Shown in pieces: positions 30,866-41,380 of a stretch of 64,000 nucleotides of DNA; position 1 is the first letter of the stretch; each line of letters starts with the position of its first letter. Below the pieces are notes generated by a model. It was given only the letters and a program-made list of their open reading frames with translations, made no database searches and was not told where the DNA came from. The translations under genes and the position numbers were made by a program. The stretch spans positions 2,592,001 to 2,656,000 of the forward strand of contig OY970208.1 of the NCBI GenBank assembly GCA_963713865.1, in the 5' to 3' direction. The stretch comes from an uncultured candidate division Zixibacteria bacterium. Its GTDB lineage: Bacteria; Zixibacteria; MSB-5A5; RBG-16-43-9.

Positions 30866-32500
30866 ATGAAAGACAGGATTTTGGAGAGAAGAGCTTTTAT
30901 TAAAACCTTGCTGGCAGGAATTTCCGTTACAGCACTTGACTGGGCTTCCCTGCCCAAAGCAGAAAGTGCTGACTCAAACGAAAACCAGTTCGATGCCATA
31001 ATCATTGGCTCAGGTCTCGGAGGATTAACCTGTGCGGCTGCTTTTGCCCGGCAGGGATTTAAACCCCTGGTTCTGGAACAACACTACGTTCCCGGAGGGT
31101 ATGCTACCACTTTCAAGCGAAAAGATTTTGTCTTTGACGTCTCGTTACACTCTACCACCGTAGGTGAAAGGAATGGAATACACAATCTTATCCCTGGTTT
31201 CCCTGAAATCACCGAGGTCGAGTTTGTCCCTCATCCCAATCTTTACCGGGTAATCTATCCGGATTATGACATCCGGGTACCGCAGAAAAATCTGGATGGA
31301 TACATTACTATACTCACCGGCTACTTTCCTGATGAGAAAGAAGGTATTACTGCTCTTTTTGAGGATATGAAAGGGGTTGCCGGTGACATTAACAAGATTT
31401 CAGCTGCCAGAGGAAACGTGGATATGAGCAAATTCCCCATCGATTTTCCGTATCTTTACAAAAGCTACACTAAAACCTGGGGAGAGATGATGGATGCCCG
31501 GATCAAGAACCCGAAGCTAAAGTCAGTCATCTCCACCCTCTGGGGATATTATGGATTGCCTCCCTCTAAACTTGCCAGCATATATTATGCTCTCCCCACT
31601 ATAGGTTATCTACAAGAGGGCGGTTATTACCCGGTAGGGAAATCCCAGAAAATTAGTAATGCTCTGGTAAAATTTATCGAAGGCCAAGGTGGTATGGTAA
31701 AGCTTAAATCCGGGGTAGAAAAAATACTGGTAAAGGAGCAGACTGCGTATGGAGTGAAAACCACTGATGGTAAAGAATACCAGGGTAAAGTAGTAGTCTC
31801 AAATGCCAATGCTTATGATACTTTCCATAAGATGCTGGATGAAGGGGAATATCTTAAGGATTACCTGACGAAAATGGAGAATTTCAGCGTCAGCTTCTCA
31901 TCTTTCCAGATATTTTTAGGATTGAAAAATGACCTGATTGGTAAACTCGGGATTAAAGACACTGAGATCTTTTATGAACCTGGATATGATGCAGAGGAAG
32001 GCTACAAATCTGCTCTTAATGCGGATGTTGAAAATTCAGGCTTTGGTTTAACCTTATATGATAACCTTTATCCCGGTTATTCACCTGAAGGGAAAAACAC
32101 CCTCAATATCTTAGTTCTCCAGGGATATGACCACTGGAAAAAATATGAAGCTGACTACTTTAAAGATGAAAAGACTGCCTATCGGAACGAAAAAGAACGA
32201 ATGGCAGATATTCTGATCAACCAGGTAGAAAAAACTCTTCTTCCCGGACTCTCAAACGCAATAGAGGTCAAGGAAATCGGCACCCCTTTGACAAACGTTC
32301 ACTATACTAGGAATTATCGCGGGGCGATATACGGATGGGACCAGACTCTGGACAATTCTGGAATAAATCGATTACCGCATAATACCCCGATTAAAAATCT
32401 TTATCTTGCCGGAGCCTGGACCAGGCCGGGGCATGGCTATGGCGGAGTTATCTGGAGCGGGCTGGAGTGCTTTGGTACGATAATGAGCAACTGGCAATAA
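30866..32500 (+). CDS. Tat-exported FAD-dependent oxidoreductase, phytoene desaturase/retinol saturase family
   Basis: ERRAFIK twin-arginine signal; IIGSGLGGL, EQHYVPGGY, TPLT..YT....GAIYG, NLYLAG. Confidence 0.85.
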   Translation: MKDRILERRAFIKTLLAGISVTALDWASLPKAESADSNENQFDAIIIGSGLGGLTCAAAFARQGFKPLVLEQHYVPGGYATTFKRKDFVFDVSLHSTTVGERNGIHNLIPGFPEITEVEFVPHPNLYRVIYPDYDIRVPQKNLDGYITILTGYFPDEKEGITALFEDMKGVAGDINKISAARGNVDMSKFPIDFPYLYKSYTKTWGEMMDARIKNPKLKSVISTLWGYYGLPPSKLASIYYALPTIGYLQEGGYYPVGKSQKISNALVKFIEGQGGMVKLKSGVEKILVKEQTAYGVKTTDGKEYQGKVVVSNANAYDTFHKMLDEGEYLKDYLTKMENFSVSFSSFQIFLGLKNDLIGKLGIKDTEIFYEPGYDAEEGYKSALNADVENSGFGLTLYDNLYPGYSPEGKNTLNILVLQGYDHWKKYEADYFKDEKTAYRNEKERMADILINQVEKTLLPGLSNAIEVKEIGTPLTNVHYTRNYRGAIYGWDQTLDNSGINRLPHNTPIKNLYLAGAWTRPGHGYGGVIWSGLECFGTIMSNWQ

Positions 32501-32522
32501 GATAAAAATATCAGGAGGTAAT

Positions 32523-32999
32523 ATGCTGTCAGAAAACAATCCTTTACTTGAATATCTAATGAAATTCTGGAGAGAAAGTCTCAAGCCAACCCTGGATAAG
32601 GCTTTAGAACTAACTCCTGAGGATAAGCTCAACTGGGCACCAGCGGAGAAGATGCTAACGCTCGGTAATATATTTCTGCACATATCCGAATGCTCTGACT
32701 GGTGGTATGATGAGGTCATGAAAGGGAACAAATCAACTGAGCTTGCTTTTGCAGACAAGCCTTGCCCATCTAAAGAAAAAATCAAAGAATATCTTCAGCT
32801 TCACTGGGAAAGGATGGAAAGATTTTTCGCAGACTCCAGAGAAGTGTTAAGCAAAACCTATAAGATAGAGCATGAGGGTAAAACTCACCATCTGGATGGC
32901 TACTGGATATTTACCCATCTACTTGAACATGATATTCACCACCGAAGCCAGATCAATCAATATCTAAGGATATTAGGTATCAAACCGCCGAAGATATAA
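32523..32999 (+). CDS. DinB/YfiT family protein
   Basis: W.P...M.TLG.IFLHI and HLLEHDIHHRSQI..YLR.LG..PP. Confidence 0.88.
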   Translation: MLSENNPLLEYLMKFWRESLKPTLDKALELTPEDKLNWAPAEKMLTLGNIFLHISECSDWWYDEVMKGNKSTELAFADKPCPSKEKIKEYLQLHWERMERFFADSREVLSKTYKIEHEGKTHHLDGYWIFTHLLEHDIHHRSQINQYLRILGIKPPKI

Positions 33000-33229
33000 A
33001 GGTAAGATTCACCCTTAAACAAGTTTGAGGATGCCACCCTGCAAATTTAAGAAGTAGGGCAAGGCTTTAGCTTTGCGAGAAAATAAAACATCCGGGATAA
33101 ACTCCGAGAAACGGAGACTACGTCTGGCGCCCTACGGGCGGGCTGGCTCGTAGCCACCGTAGGACCGGACGCTACGAAATTTATTCCTCTTCTGGACAGG
33201 CTGGAATCCTGTCCCACCAAATTATCTTA

Positions 33230-34348
33230 TTATAATTCCCTTGCTATTTCCTCCGCAACTTCCAATGTGGAATTCTTCCCACCCATATCGTAGGTTTTAA
33301 CTTTACTTTCTTTCACCACCATAGCCACTGCATTTTCCAATCTCTCCGCTTTTTCCTTTTCACCTAACCAGTCCAGCATTAATTTAGCCGCTAAAATAGT
33401 TGCTATTGGATTGACTTTATATTGCCCTGTATATTTTGGCGCTGAGCCGTGAGTCGGCTCGAAAACGGCATAATCATCCCCGATATTTCCGCTGGAGGCA
33501 AATCCCAGTCCGCCGACTAACTGGGCACACAAGTCTGAGATTATATCCCCGAACATATTCGAGGTTACCAGTACATCATAATCAAAAGGATTTTTCAAAA
33601 GCCACATACAGATGGCATCGATATTAGCTTCATAGAGTTTGATCTCCGGATATTCTTTGGCTATTTTCCTTGCCTCACGGATAAAAAGCCCGGAGGTCTC
33701 ACGGATGACATTCGGCTTTTCCACAACTGTTACCGATTTCCTCTTATTTTTCTTGGCATACTCAAAAGCATCCCGGATGATATTCTGGGAAGCTTTTCGG
33801 GTGATGATTCTCAGGCTTATTGCAATATCCTCTAAGGAAGTATTCGAGAACCTTTTCATCTTAATATGATTCTTGACCAGAACATCCATCACTTCCTTTG
33901 GCAGCGGATGAAACTCCACCCCGGCATATAAATCCTCTGTATTCTCTCTGAAGACTACTAAATCTATCCCCTCTTTATAATTCAATGGATTACCCGGATA
34001 GGCTTTACAAGGCCTCAAGTTTGTTCTCAGATCAAACTCCTGGCGCAACCTCACAATCGGACTTGAATATACTAATCCTTTACCTCTTAGGGTCGGGACT
34101 AATTCAGCCTCTGCTTCTTCCTTTGGCTTCGAAGTTATCGCCCCAAAAAGGCAGCAATCAGTATTTTTCAGAAGTTTGATTGTCCTGTCAGGGAGAGGAT
34201 TCCCTTCTTTACACCAGAATTCCCAGCCGATATCTCCTTTTGTATATTCTGCATCCAATCCAATTTTTCCCAGGACAATTTTCGCTGCCTCCATTACATC
34301 TTTACCCACACCATCACCAGGCAACCAGGCAATCTTATATTTGGGCAT
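33230..34348 (-). CDS. Isocitrate/isopropylmalate dehydrogenase family
   Basis: LPGDGVG, RENTEDLY, NMFGDIISD, FEPTHGSAPK, NPIA, TYDMGG. Confidence 0.92.
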   Translation of the reverse strand: MPKYKIAWLPGDGVGKDVMEAAKIVLGKIGLDAEYTKGDIGWEFWCKEGNPLPDRTIKLLKNTDCCLFGAITSKPKEEAEAELVPTLRGKGLVYSSPIVRLRQEFDLRTNLRPCKAYPGNPLNYKEGIDLVVFRENTEDLYAGVEFHPLPKEVMDVLVKNHIKMKRFSNTSLEDIAISLRIITRKASQNIIRDAFEYAKKNKRKSVTVVEKPNVIRETSGLFIREARKIAKEYPEIKLYEANIDAICMWLLKNPFDYDVLVTSNMFGDIISDLCAQLVGGLGFASSGNIGDDYAVFEPTHGSAPKYTGQYKVNPIATILAAKLMLDWLGEKEKAERLENAVAMVVKESKVKTYDMGGKNSTLEVAEEIAREL

Positions 34349-34483
34349 TAATTAACCTCCTCAGTATTCAGACAATATTGTCGGAACTATAATTTTTGTT
34401 AATCTCCCGCACGGGAGCAAGAACGCTACCTCAATTAATATGAACTTATGTCCTGTATCTATCTGAACATCTCTTTACGACTT

Positions 34484-35398
34484 TTATATTTTTAGATTAA
34501 TGGAAATCCGGTGAGCATTACCTAAATCCGAACTAAAGGGAACAAAGGCATAATCTATCTGATATTTCTTGATCTTCAAACCCAATCCCAGGGAAAGATT
34601 TCTATCATCATAACCGATCTGATAACCACTTCGTAAAGCAAACTTCTGTTTATAAATATACTCCCCACCTAAATTAACCTTGAGATCAGTATCTCTCGGT
34701 TTAACCAGATCCAGGCTTAGAATATACTCTCCCTTAAGATAGTTTTCATTACCTGCATATGCCATTCCCAATTTATACCGGGTTGGCAGATTGAATTTTT
34801 CCTGCTCGAATTTCATCTTCGGACCAAAATTCTGGATTGCTCCTCCTATTTGTAGATAGGGTTTTAAAAAATATATTCCGCCTAAGTCGAACCCCGATCC
34901 GGTAGCTGAATAAAAATCAATTTTTTCGTACAGAAATTTTGCTGAGAGGCCAAGATCGAACTTCTCATTAAATTTTCTACTCCAGGAAAAGGAAAGAGCT
35001 AAGTTATGCTGATCAAAATAGCTTAAAGGATTTTCCGTGGGTCCCTCTCTTCTTTCCAGATCTTTCACCTGACTAAGGGTCAAACTCATCCCGAAAACGT
35101 TTTTCTTGTAACCAAAACAAACTGCCGCATATTCTAAACTTATATCCTGAATCCATTCATTATGCATAAAAGCAAACTCCACTCCTTTATGCTGGGCAAT
35201 CCCGGCTGGATTCCAGTAAAGAGAAAATATGTCTCCGGAAATGGCAGTATAAGCTTCACCCATCCCAGAAGCTCTGGCTCCAACTCCTAATTTAAGAAAA
35301 GCTAAACCTGATGTACCTGCCTTGTCCGGGATATCCGAGCCGAAGACCTGCAAGTTAACTAAAACAATCATACAGACTATCAAGCCTAACTTTTTCAT
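34484..35398 (-). CDS. PorV/PorQ-family outer-membrane beta-barrel
   Basis: FLKLGVGARASGMGEA, YWNPAG, DYAFVP..DLG..HRIS; terminal beta-strand. Confidence 0.82.
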   Translation of the reverse strand: MKKLGLIVCMIVLVNLQVFGSDIPDKAGTSGLAFLKLGVGARASGMGEAYTAISGDIFSLYWNPAGIAQHKGVEFAFMHNEWIQDISLEYAAVCFGYKKNVFGMSLTLSQVKDLERREGPTENPLSYFDQHNLALSFSWSRKFNEKFDLGLSAKFLYEKIDFYSATGSGFDLGGIYFLKPYLQIGGAIQNFGPKMKFEQEKFNLPTRYKLGMAYAGNENYLKGEYILSLDLVKPRDTDLKVNLGGEYIYKQKFALRSGYQIGYDDRNLSLGLGLKIKKYQIDYAFVPFSSDLGNAHRISINLKI

Positions 35399-35516
35399 CT
35401 AACACCTCATTTATACTCTGCTGTAGCGTTATCGCTCCAGTTCTACAGATTTGTTTCTATGACGGCAACGAAAAGACGTCTTCACAGGAGTGAAGACGCT
35501 ACATTTATCTCCAGGC

Positions 35517-36455
35517 TTAGAATCCAAAACTCATCGAGACAAGATGGTCCGGATTTGTCTCCACCTGGCTGGAGATAAAAGCATAATCGAATCCTAAAGT
35601 TATGGATTTAACTTTATGTTTGATTCCCAAGCCAAAGGTAAGAGAACCATCGTTATATCCTAATCTCCCGGCAAAATATTCCAGCCAGCGGTATTCAGCC
35701 CCTAAATGAAATCTAACATCCTGTTTATTGTTTTTATCTGCTTGCAGTGACAAAAGGAGCTTATCCTTTAATAAAAGATACGAGCCACCTAATTTGAAAT
35801 TTACGGGAAATTCATCTTCTGTATCTGTGCCTGTTTGGTCGAACTCCTGCCAGTATTTGCTTGAGACCCAGGAATATTTCATCCCTAAATTATCTACTGC
35901 CAGCCCAACTCTTAACTTGTCTGTTGGATAAATCAGCACACCCAAATCTATTCCCATAGTATAGGCGTTTAAACTGGCAAGGTTATATTGTGAATATCTT
36001 ATATTCACCCCTAAAGAAAACTCTTTGATCAACTTTTTAGCAAAATTAACGGTGATAGCGTTTTCATAATTAGTCAATTCACCGGACACCTTTCCCCGGT
36101 CATCTCTGGTCTCTACATCCTTAACTCCTGAATTTATCCAGTAAGCTCCGATGGCTGCTTCTCCTTTAACCTGTTGTTGATAACTTACATAGCTAAGTTT
36201 TCGATCTAAGCTCATAAATCTGTAACTTGCGCTAAAGGTAGGTCTTTCGATCTGAATTAAACCAGCCGGGTTATAGGATGAAGCAAAACCATCATCTGCT
36301 ACCCCGATAAAAGCTCCACCCATCCCTAAAGCTCTGGCACTTAAACCCATCCTTAAGAAAGCACCAGCATATCCACCCTCACCAGTTCCTGCATAGGTTA
36401 AAGAGATACTGAATAAAACCAATAGACTCAGGGCAACAAAAATCTTCTTTATCAT
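35517..36455 (-). CDS. PorV/PorQ-family outer-membrane beta-barrel
   Basis: FLRMGLSARALGMGGA, YNPAGL, DYAF, C-terminal Phe. Confidence 0.82.
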   Translation of the reverse strand: MIKKIFVALSLLVLFSISLTYAGTGEGGYAGAFLRMGLSARALGMGGAFIGVADDGFASSYNPAGLIQIERPTFSASYRFMSLDRKLSYVSYQQQVKGEAAIGAYWINSGVKDVETRDDRGKVSGELTNYENAITVNFAKKLIKEFSLGVNIRYSQYNLASLNAYTMGIDLGVLIYPTDKLRVGLAVDNLGMKYSWVSSKYWQEFDQTGTDTEDEFPVNFKLGGSYLLLKDKLLLSLQADKNNKQDVRFHLGAEYRWLEYFAGRLGYNDGSLTFGLGIKHKVKSITLGFDYAFISSQVETNPDHLVSMSFGF

Positions 36456-36465
36456 TATTTTCTCC

Positions 36466-37947
36466 TTATTTTAAAACCCCGATTTTACCCCATTCTTCCT
36501 GACTACCGGGTCCTTCTATTTTAAAGAAATATATTCCATTGGCAACCACCTCTCCCTTATCATTTCTTCCATCCCAGACCTGGTCGTATTCCACCCCTCC
36601 GGTGCGATAGGTATTTTCCAGGATGGTTTTAACCAATTTCATCTCAAAGTCATAAATGTTTATAGTAATATCCCCATCCGATTTGGGTTTGTAGTGGATT
36701 CTGGTAGCTTCATTGGCTATCAGAGGTGAAAAAGGACTGGGATAGGCATAAGAGTCTTTCGCCTCAGGAGAACCTATGGGAACAAAGGACCGGAATACTT
36801 TCCAGGTATTACCATAATCAGTGCTTTTCACCACCCCGTCGAAATTACCAGCCCAGATTATGGAATCATCTACTATTCTTACGGCATAAAACTCAGTACT
36901 TAATATCTGTTGATCCGGTTGGTCTTTATCCTGCATATAGTTTTTGACTTCCCAGTTTTGTCCAAGATCGGTTGATTTTTTAAGCCCTGAACTTGTAGCG
37001 GCCCAGATAACTGAATCCGGTCCTCCTGATCCGTTACCGGAAAAATCGAAATTCCAGATCTTATCCCCCTCTAAGGTCTGTGACCAGTTAGCACCTTCAT
37101 CTGTAGTATAACTTGCAGCATAGGTACCATAGTAGGTAGGCTGGGTCCCTGCCCAGATAATCTTTTTGCTCCCATAATTCTGAACTGCTAATGAAACTAC
37201 GAAGTTTCCTGAAATGGGTGAAAGAGTATCGCTTTGTACATAGCCGATAACCGTATCTGCAGTATCCGCTGTCGTATAGACGAACTTGAATATCCCCGCC
37301 GCAGTCCCTGCCCAGATAAAAGTTGTATCATTAGAAGTATCAGCTACTACTGAGAAAAGCCTGTTCCGGTAATCCTCATAATAGCCACTATCATAATCTA
37401 CTTTAGCAGTTGAATCCACAAACACATTCTCCCAGTTTAAACCTTTGTCCCTGGAACGGATCAACCCACCATAAAAACAAGCCGCCCAAACTGTGGTATC
37501 AGAAAACGTTATGTCATAAGCTAATTTCCCCACCTTGCTTGCCTGCTCAGGTTCGGGGAAAAGCTTATCCCAGGTTTGTCCTAAATTAGTTGTTTTATTA
37601 AATCCAGCTCCATATGGAATTGGAACTCCATCTATTATCTGATTATAAGAAATAGCAACCCATAAAGTTGAATCTTTATAACCTATAGCCGAAACCCCAT
37701 CCTGGTTTAAGCCATTAGTGTGGTCAAAAGATACCCAGGTTGAACCACCATCTGAACTTACGCTTATTCCATTCCCGGTCCCCACCCAGATATTAACCCC
37801 ATCGTAGATAATCTCCACCACGCTGTTACCCGCTAATCCAGAAAACGGTTCCTCTAAAGAATAATTGATATACGCCCAGGCGGGACTTGATAGCATTACC
37901 GATAAATATAAAGAGAAAAGCAGGATGATTTTATTTTTAAAACGCAT
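36466..37947 (-). CDS. Secreted BNR/Asp-box beta-propeller protein with FlgD-Ig CTD (PorZ-like architecture)
   Basis: S.DGG.TW-type Asp boxes, IWAGT blades; YAYPSPFSP...WDGRNDKG..VANGIYF. Confidence 0.75.
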   Translation of the reverse strand: MRFKNKIILLFSLYLSVMLSSPAWAYINYSLEEPFSGLAGNSVVEIIYDGVNIWVGTGNGISVSSDGGSTWVSFDHTNGLNQDGVSAIGYKDSTLWVAISYNQIIDGVPIPYGAGFNKTTNLGQTWDKLFPEPEQASKVGKLAYDITFSDTTVWAACFYGGLIRSRDKGLNWENVFVDSTAKVDYDSGYYEDYRNRLFSVVADTSNDTTFIWAGTAAGIFKFVYTTADTADTVIGYVQSDTLSPISGNFVVSLAVQNYGSKKIIWAGTQPTYYGTYAASYTTDEGANWSQTLEGDKIWNFDFSGNGSGGPDSVIWAATSSGLKKSTDLGQNWEVKNYMQDKDQPDQQILSTEFYAVRIVDDSIIWAGNFDGVVKSTDYGNTWKVFRSFVPIGSPEAKDSYAYPSPFSPLIANEATRIHYKPKSDGDITINIYDFEMKLVKTILENTYRTGGVEYDQVWDGRNDKGEVVANGIYFFKIEGPGSQEEWGKIGVLK

Positions 37948-37981
37948 TCAACCCTCCATTATTAAGGTAAAAGAAGTTCAT

Positions 37982-38098
37982 AAAAAAAGCCGACTGGTCA
38001 TCTCGGCTAAAAAAGTAGTCGCCCATAAATAAACTATCCTTTCCTCTGCGATTAAAACCTTTTAAATCCAAAACCTTTAAGAAGCTTTATAGGCGACC
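37982..38098 (-). promoter_or_regulatory. Structured 5' leader with intrinsic terminator (candidate attenuator)
   Basis: 13-bp stem (38086-38098 with 38017-38029, G-U pairs on - only), then an AGCCGA..TCGGCT hairpin and T7, just upstream of the 37947 start. Confidence 0.4.
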
Positions 38099-38206
38099 TC
38101 CGTCAGGCTTAATAAAGTATAAAATATTATTTTGTCAAGACTTAAATATCAGAACTTTTGAAAAGTTAAATCCGCCTGAGATATAAAAAACTGAATTACA
38201 TCCAGG

Positions 38207-38626
38207 TTACATGGTTTTTTCTTTAATACATTCCTCGCAGACTGCAATCCTATTTTGAGCTCTTTTAAAGGCGGCTAAAGCCCTGGGGATATCGATTTCT
38301 TTTTCCTTTGATTTGAGCCTTTGTTTTGCTCTTTCTAAAGCCTTTTCCGCTCTTTCCAGGTCTATATCTTTAGCAAATTCCACTGCATCTGCCAAGATCA
38401 CCACTTTATTTTTTAAGACCTCTAAAAACCCTCCACTTACTGCCAGGATAACCTCTGAATCTTTTGAGTCTTTCTTCATAGTCAACTTTCCAGAGACCAA
38501 GGAAGTGATCAAGGGAGCATGGTCCGTTAAAACCCCCAAATATCCTTCCACTCCCGGTGCAATCAGGGAGGATACTTCTTCCTCATAGAAGATTTTTTCT
38601 GATGTTACGATAGTTAGTAGAAACAT
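38207..38626 (-). CDS. atpC: F1 ATP synthase epsilon subunit
   Basis: [45 protein letters not shown]. Confidence 0.95.
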   Translation of the reverse strand: MFLLTIVTSEKIFYEEEVSSLIAPGVEGYLGVLTDHAPLITSLVSGKLTMKKDSKDSEVILAVSGGFLEVLKNKVVILADAVEFAKDIDLERAEKALERAKQRLKSKEKEIDIPRALAAFKRAQNRIAVCEECIKEKTM

Positions 38627-38878
38627 TTTGTTTCGTTATTCGCTATTAGCTGTTTGCTGTTCGATTCTTTAAAAAGCATTTAATTTACGATTATATATAA
38701 AAACATCTTTTTGTCAACTTATTTCTGAGACAAACCAGGGTTCGACAAATTTGACCCCCCACCTCTAAAAAACGAAGAGGCGTCCTGTAATCCATGCCTA
38801 TACTCTTAAAAGACAATGCAAGGCTGAAGTCCCAAGACCTTGATGGCTTTGCCCTGCATTCTAATTCATCCTTAGCTT

Positions 38879-40909
38879 TTATTTTTTTTTAAACCTTGAA
38901 CTTTTGAACCTTTGATCCTTTGAACCTTTTTCATGTCCCTCTTTTAACTTCTTCAACTCATCTCGATAAAAAGCCGCTTTTTCGAACTCTAAGTTTTTAG
39001 AAGCTTTTTTCATTGCCCTCTCTAAATGCTCGATTTTATCTTCTAAGGTTAAAAGGTCCAAATAATTCATCCTCTCTTCTTTGACCATAGATTCTGTCCT
39101 GGAATCAGCAAAGGTGGTGGTTTTCAAAATTTCCTCTCTGGTTTTGTAAATGGTCTGGGGTGTAATCCCGTGAGATTTATTATACTCTTCTTGAATCATT
39201 CTTCTCCGATTCGTCTCTTCAATCGCCTTTCTCATAGAGTCTGTAACCCCATCCGCATACATAATCACCTCACCCGCTTTATTCCTGGCTGCTCTGCCTG
39301 CGATCTGAATGAGTGAAGTTTCCGAACGAAGAAAACCTTCTTTATCCGCATCTAAGATAGCTACCAATGAAACCTCTGGCAGGTCCAGGCCCTCCCTTAA
39401 TAGATTAATCCCCACCAGGACATCGAACTCTGCTAACCTTAAATCCCTTAAAATATCCACCCTCTCAATCGCATCTATTTCCGAATGAAGGTACCTAACT
39501 TTTATGCCCATCTGGGCAAGATAATCTGCTAAATCTTCTGCCATTCTCTTGGTTAAAGTGGTGACTAAAACCCTTTCCTTTTTCTCTGACCTTAATTTTA
39601 TCTCCTCTAAAAGATCATCCACCTGATTTTTTAAAGGTTTAACTATAATTAGAGGGTCGATCAATCCAGTAGGCCGGATGATCTGTTCAACCACTACCCC
39701 TTTGCTTCTTTCCAGCTCAAAGTTGGCAGGAGTGGCTGAGACAAAGACAACCTGATTAATCATAGATTCGAACTCCTTGAAAAAAAGAGGGCGATTATCT
39801 AAAGCTGAAGGGAGCCTGAACCCATATTCAACTAAGACCTCTTTCCTGGACCTGTCCCCGGCATACATCCCTCTTATCTGGGGGATGGTTTGATGAGATT
39901 CATCTATGATTATCAAAAAATCCTTTGGAAAAAAATCTAAAAGACAATAAGGCTTTTCTCCCGGTTTCCTGCCGGAAAGATGACGTGAATAGTTTTCGAT
40001 TCCAGGACAATACCCGATCTCCCTCATCATCTCTAAATCGAATTTCGTGCGTGATTCCAGTCTCTGTGCCTCAAGGAGCTTTCCCTGGTCCCTAAACCAG
40101 TTCAGCCTTTCCTCTAATTCTATTTCGATATTTTTAATCGCCTGTTCTAATTGAGGCGGTGTGGTAACAAAATGTTTAGCCGGATAAATCGCAACCCTCT
40201 TTTTCTCCTCCAGGACATCACCTTTTAAGGTATCGATAACCGAAATCCTCTCGAGTTTATCGCCGAACAGCTCTAATCTGATTGCGGTCTCCTCATAAGC
40301 TGGATGAACCTCAATCGTATCCCCTCTTACCCGGAAAGTTCCCCGGGCAAATTCGATATCGTTTCTGGAATAATGGATATCGATCAGAGATTTTAAAATC
40401 TGGTCCCTTTCGAACTCTTCTCCTACCTCTAAGAACAAGAGTAGCTCCTTGTAATCCTTAGGAGAGCCTAACCCATATATGCAGGAGACGCTGGCAACGA
40501 TAACCACATCTTCTCTTTCTAATAAAGATGAGGTAGCGCGCAGGCGCAGTCTGTCGATATCATCATTCATCGAGGTATCTTTCTCAATATAGGTATCAGT
40601 CTGCGGGACATAAGCCTCTGGCTGGTAATAGTCATAATAGCTTATGAAAAACTCCACCGCATTATGCGGGAAAAAACCTTTAAGTTCACCATAAAGCTGA
40701 GCCGCTAAGGTTTTATTATGGGAAATTACTATACTTGGCTTACCCACATTGGCGATGAGATTAGCAACCGTAAAAGTCTTGCCTGAGCCGGTTACACCCA
40801 AAAGGGTCTGATATTTTTCACATCTCCGGACACCTTCAGTTAATTTTTCAATCGCTTGAGGCTGATCACCAGTGGGTTTGTAATTTGAAACCAGTCTAAA
40901 CTCAGCCAT
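38879..40909 (-). CDS. uvrB: Excinuclease ABC subunit B
   Basis: [44 protein letters not shown] domain. Confidence 0.98.
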   Translation of the reverse strand: MAEFRLVSNYKPTGDQPQAIEKLTEGVRRCEKYQTLLGVTGSGKTFTVANLIANVGKPSIVISHNKTLAAQLYGELKGFFPHNAVEFFISYYDYYQPEAYVPQTDTYIEKDTSMNDDIDRLRLRATSSLLEREDVVIVASVSCIYGLGSPKDYKELLLFLEVGEEFERDQILKSLIDIHYSRNDIEFARGTFRVRGDTIEVHPAYEETAIRLELFGDKLERISVIDTLKGDVLEEKKRVAIYPAKHFVTTPPQLEQAIKNIEIELEERLNWFRDQGKLLEAQRLESRTKFDLEMMREIGYCPGIENYSRHLSGRKPGEKPYCLLDFFPKDFLIIIDESHQTIPQIRGMYAGDRSRKEVLVEYGFRLPSALDNRPLFFKEFESMINQVVFVSATPANFELERSKGVVVEQIIRPTGLIDPLIIVKPLKNQVDDLLEEIKLRSEKKERVLVTTLTKRMAEDLADYLAQMGIKVRYLHSEIDAIERVDILRDLRLAEFDVLVGINLLREGLDLPEVSLVAILDADKEGFLRSETSLIQIAGRAARNKAGEVIMYADGVTDSMRKAIEETNRRRMIQEEYNKSHGITPQTIYKTREEILKTTTFADSRTESMVKEERMNYLDLLTLEDKIEHLERAMKKASKNLEFEKAAFYRDELKKLKEGHEKGSKDQRFKSSRFKKK

Positions 40910-40999
40910 ATCATTCCTTTTAAATCCTAACTTATATACGGAAAAAACAGTGTCAAGTCAGAAATTATAAAACCAAGCTAAGTTCGTTTCTCGATACTA

Positions 41000-41290
41000 T
41001 CATTGCGAGTCTCGCCAGAGGCGGACGAAGCAATCCGTTGATTTTTTTGTATATTATTCCAAACATAAACCAACACTTCAATCTGTAGCTGCTTGATTTA
41101 TCAAGCCTTATTGTTCTGATTATTTCGTAGAGACGCATAGCATGCGTCTCCATACCTCTTAGACAATGCTGCCATAGTCAAACCCTATCCTACCCTCCCC
41201 TATAGGGGAGGGAATATGTCCCCTCTCCTCTACGAGCCGCAAAGCTTTTAACGGCCTACGGGAGAGGGTCAGGGTGAGTTCACGCCCCTA
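41000..41290. repeat. Cluster of palindromic elements (TCATTGCGAG..GAAGCAATC, GTAGAGACGCA, CCCTCCCC..GGGGAGGG, CCCTCTCC..GGGAGAGGG)
   Basis: Inverted repeats read directly; several have relatives elsewhere in the window. Confidence 0.65.
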
Positions 41291-41309
41291 CAAAAAAAGG
41301 GGATAAAAA

Positions 41310-41343
41310 AATCCCCCGCCCCGATTTTAATCAGGGCGGGGGA
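41310..41343 (-). terminator. Rho-independent terminator of the dockerin/peptidase gene
   Basis: TCCCCCGCCC..GGGCGGGGGA stem next to an A-run on + (T-run on -). Confidence 0.65.
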
Positions 41344-41380
41344 CAATCTCCTTCTCAATCACAAGATTCATCCTGAGGGT

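Noticed and set aside
38086-38106. Fluoride riboswitch-like GACGGAGGTCGCC
   Set aside because: Lacks the 5' GGCGA pairing strand and the 3' pseudoknot complement.
40965-41153. 62-aa ORF
   Set aside because: Made of palindromic repeat DNA; no RBS or recognisable protein features.
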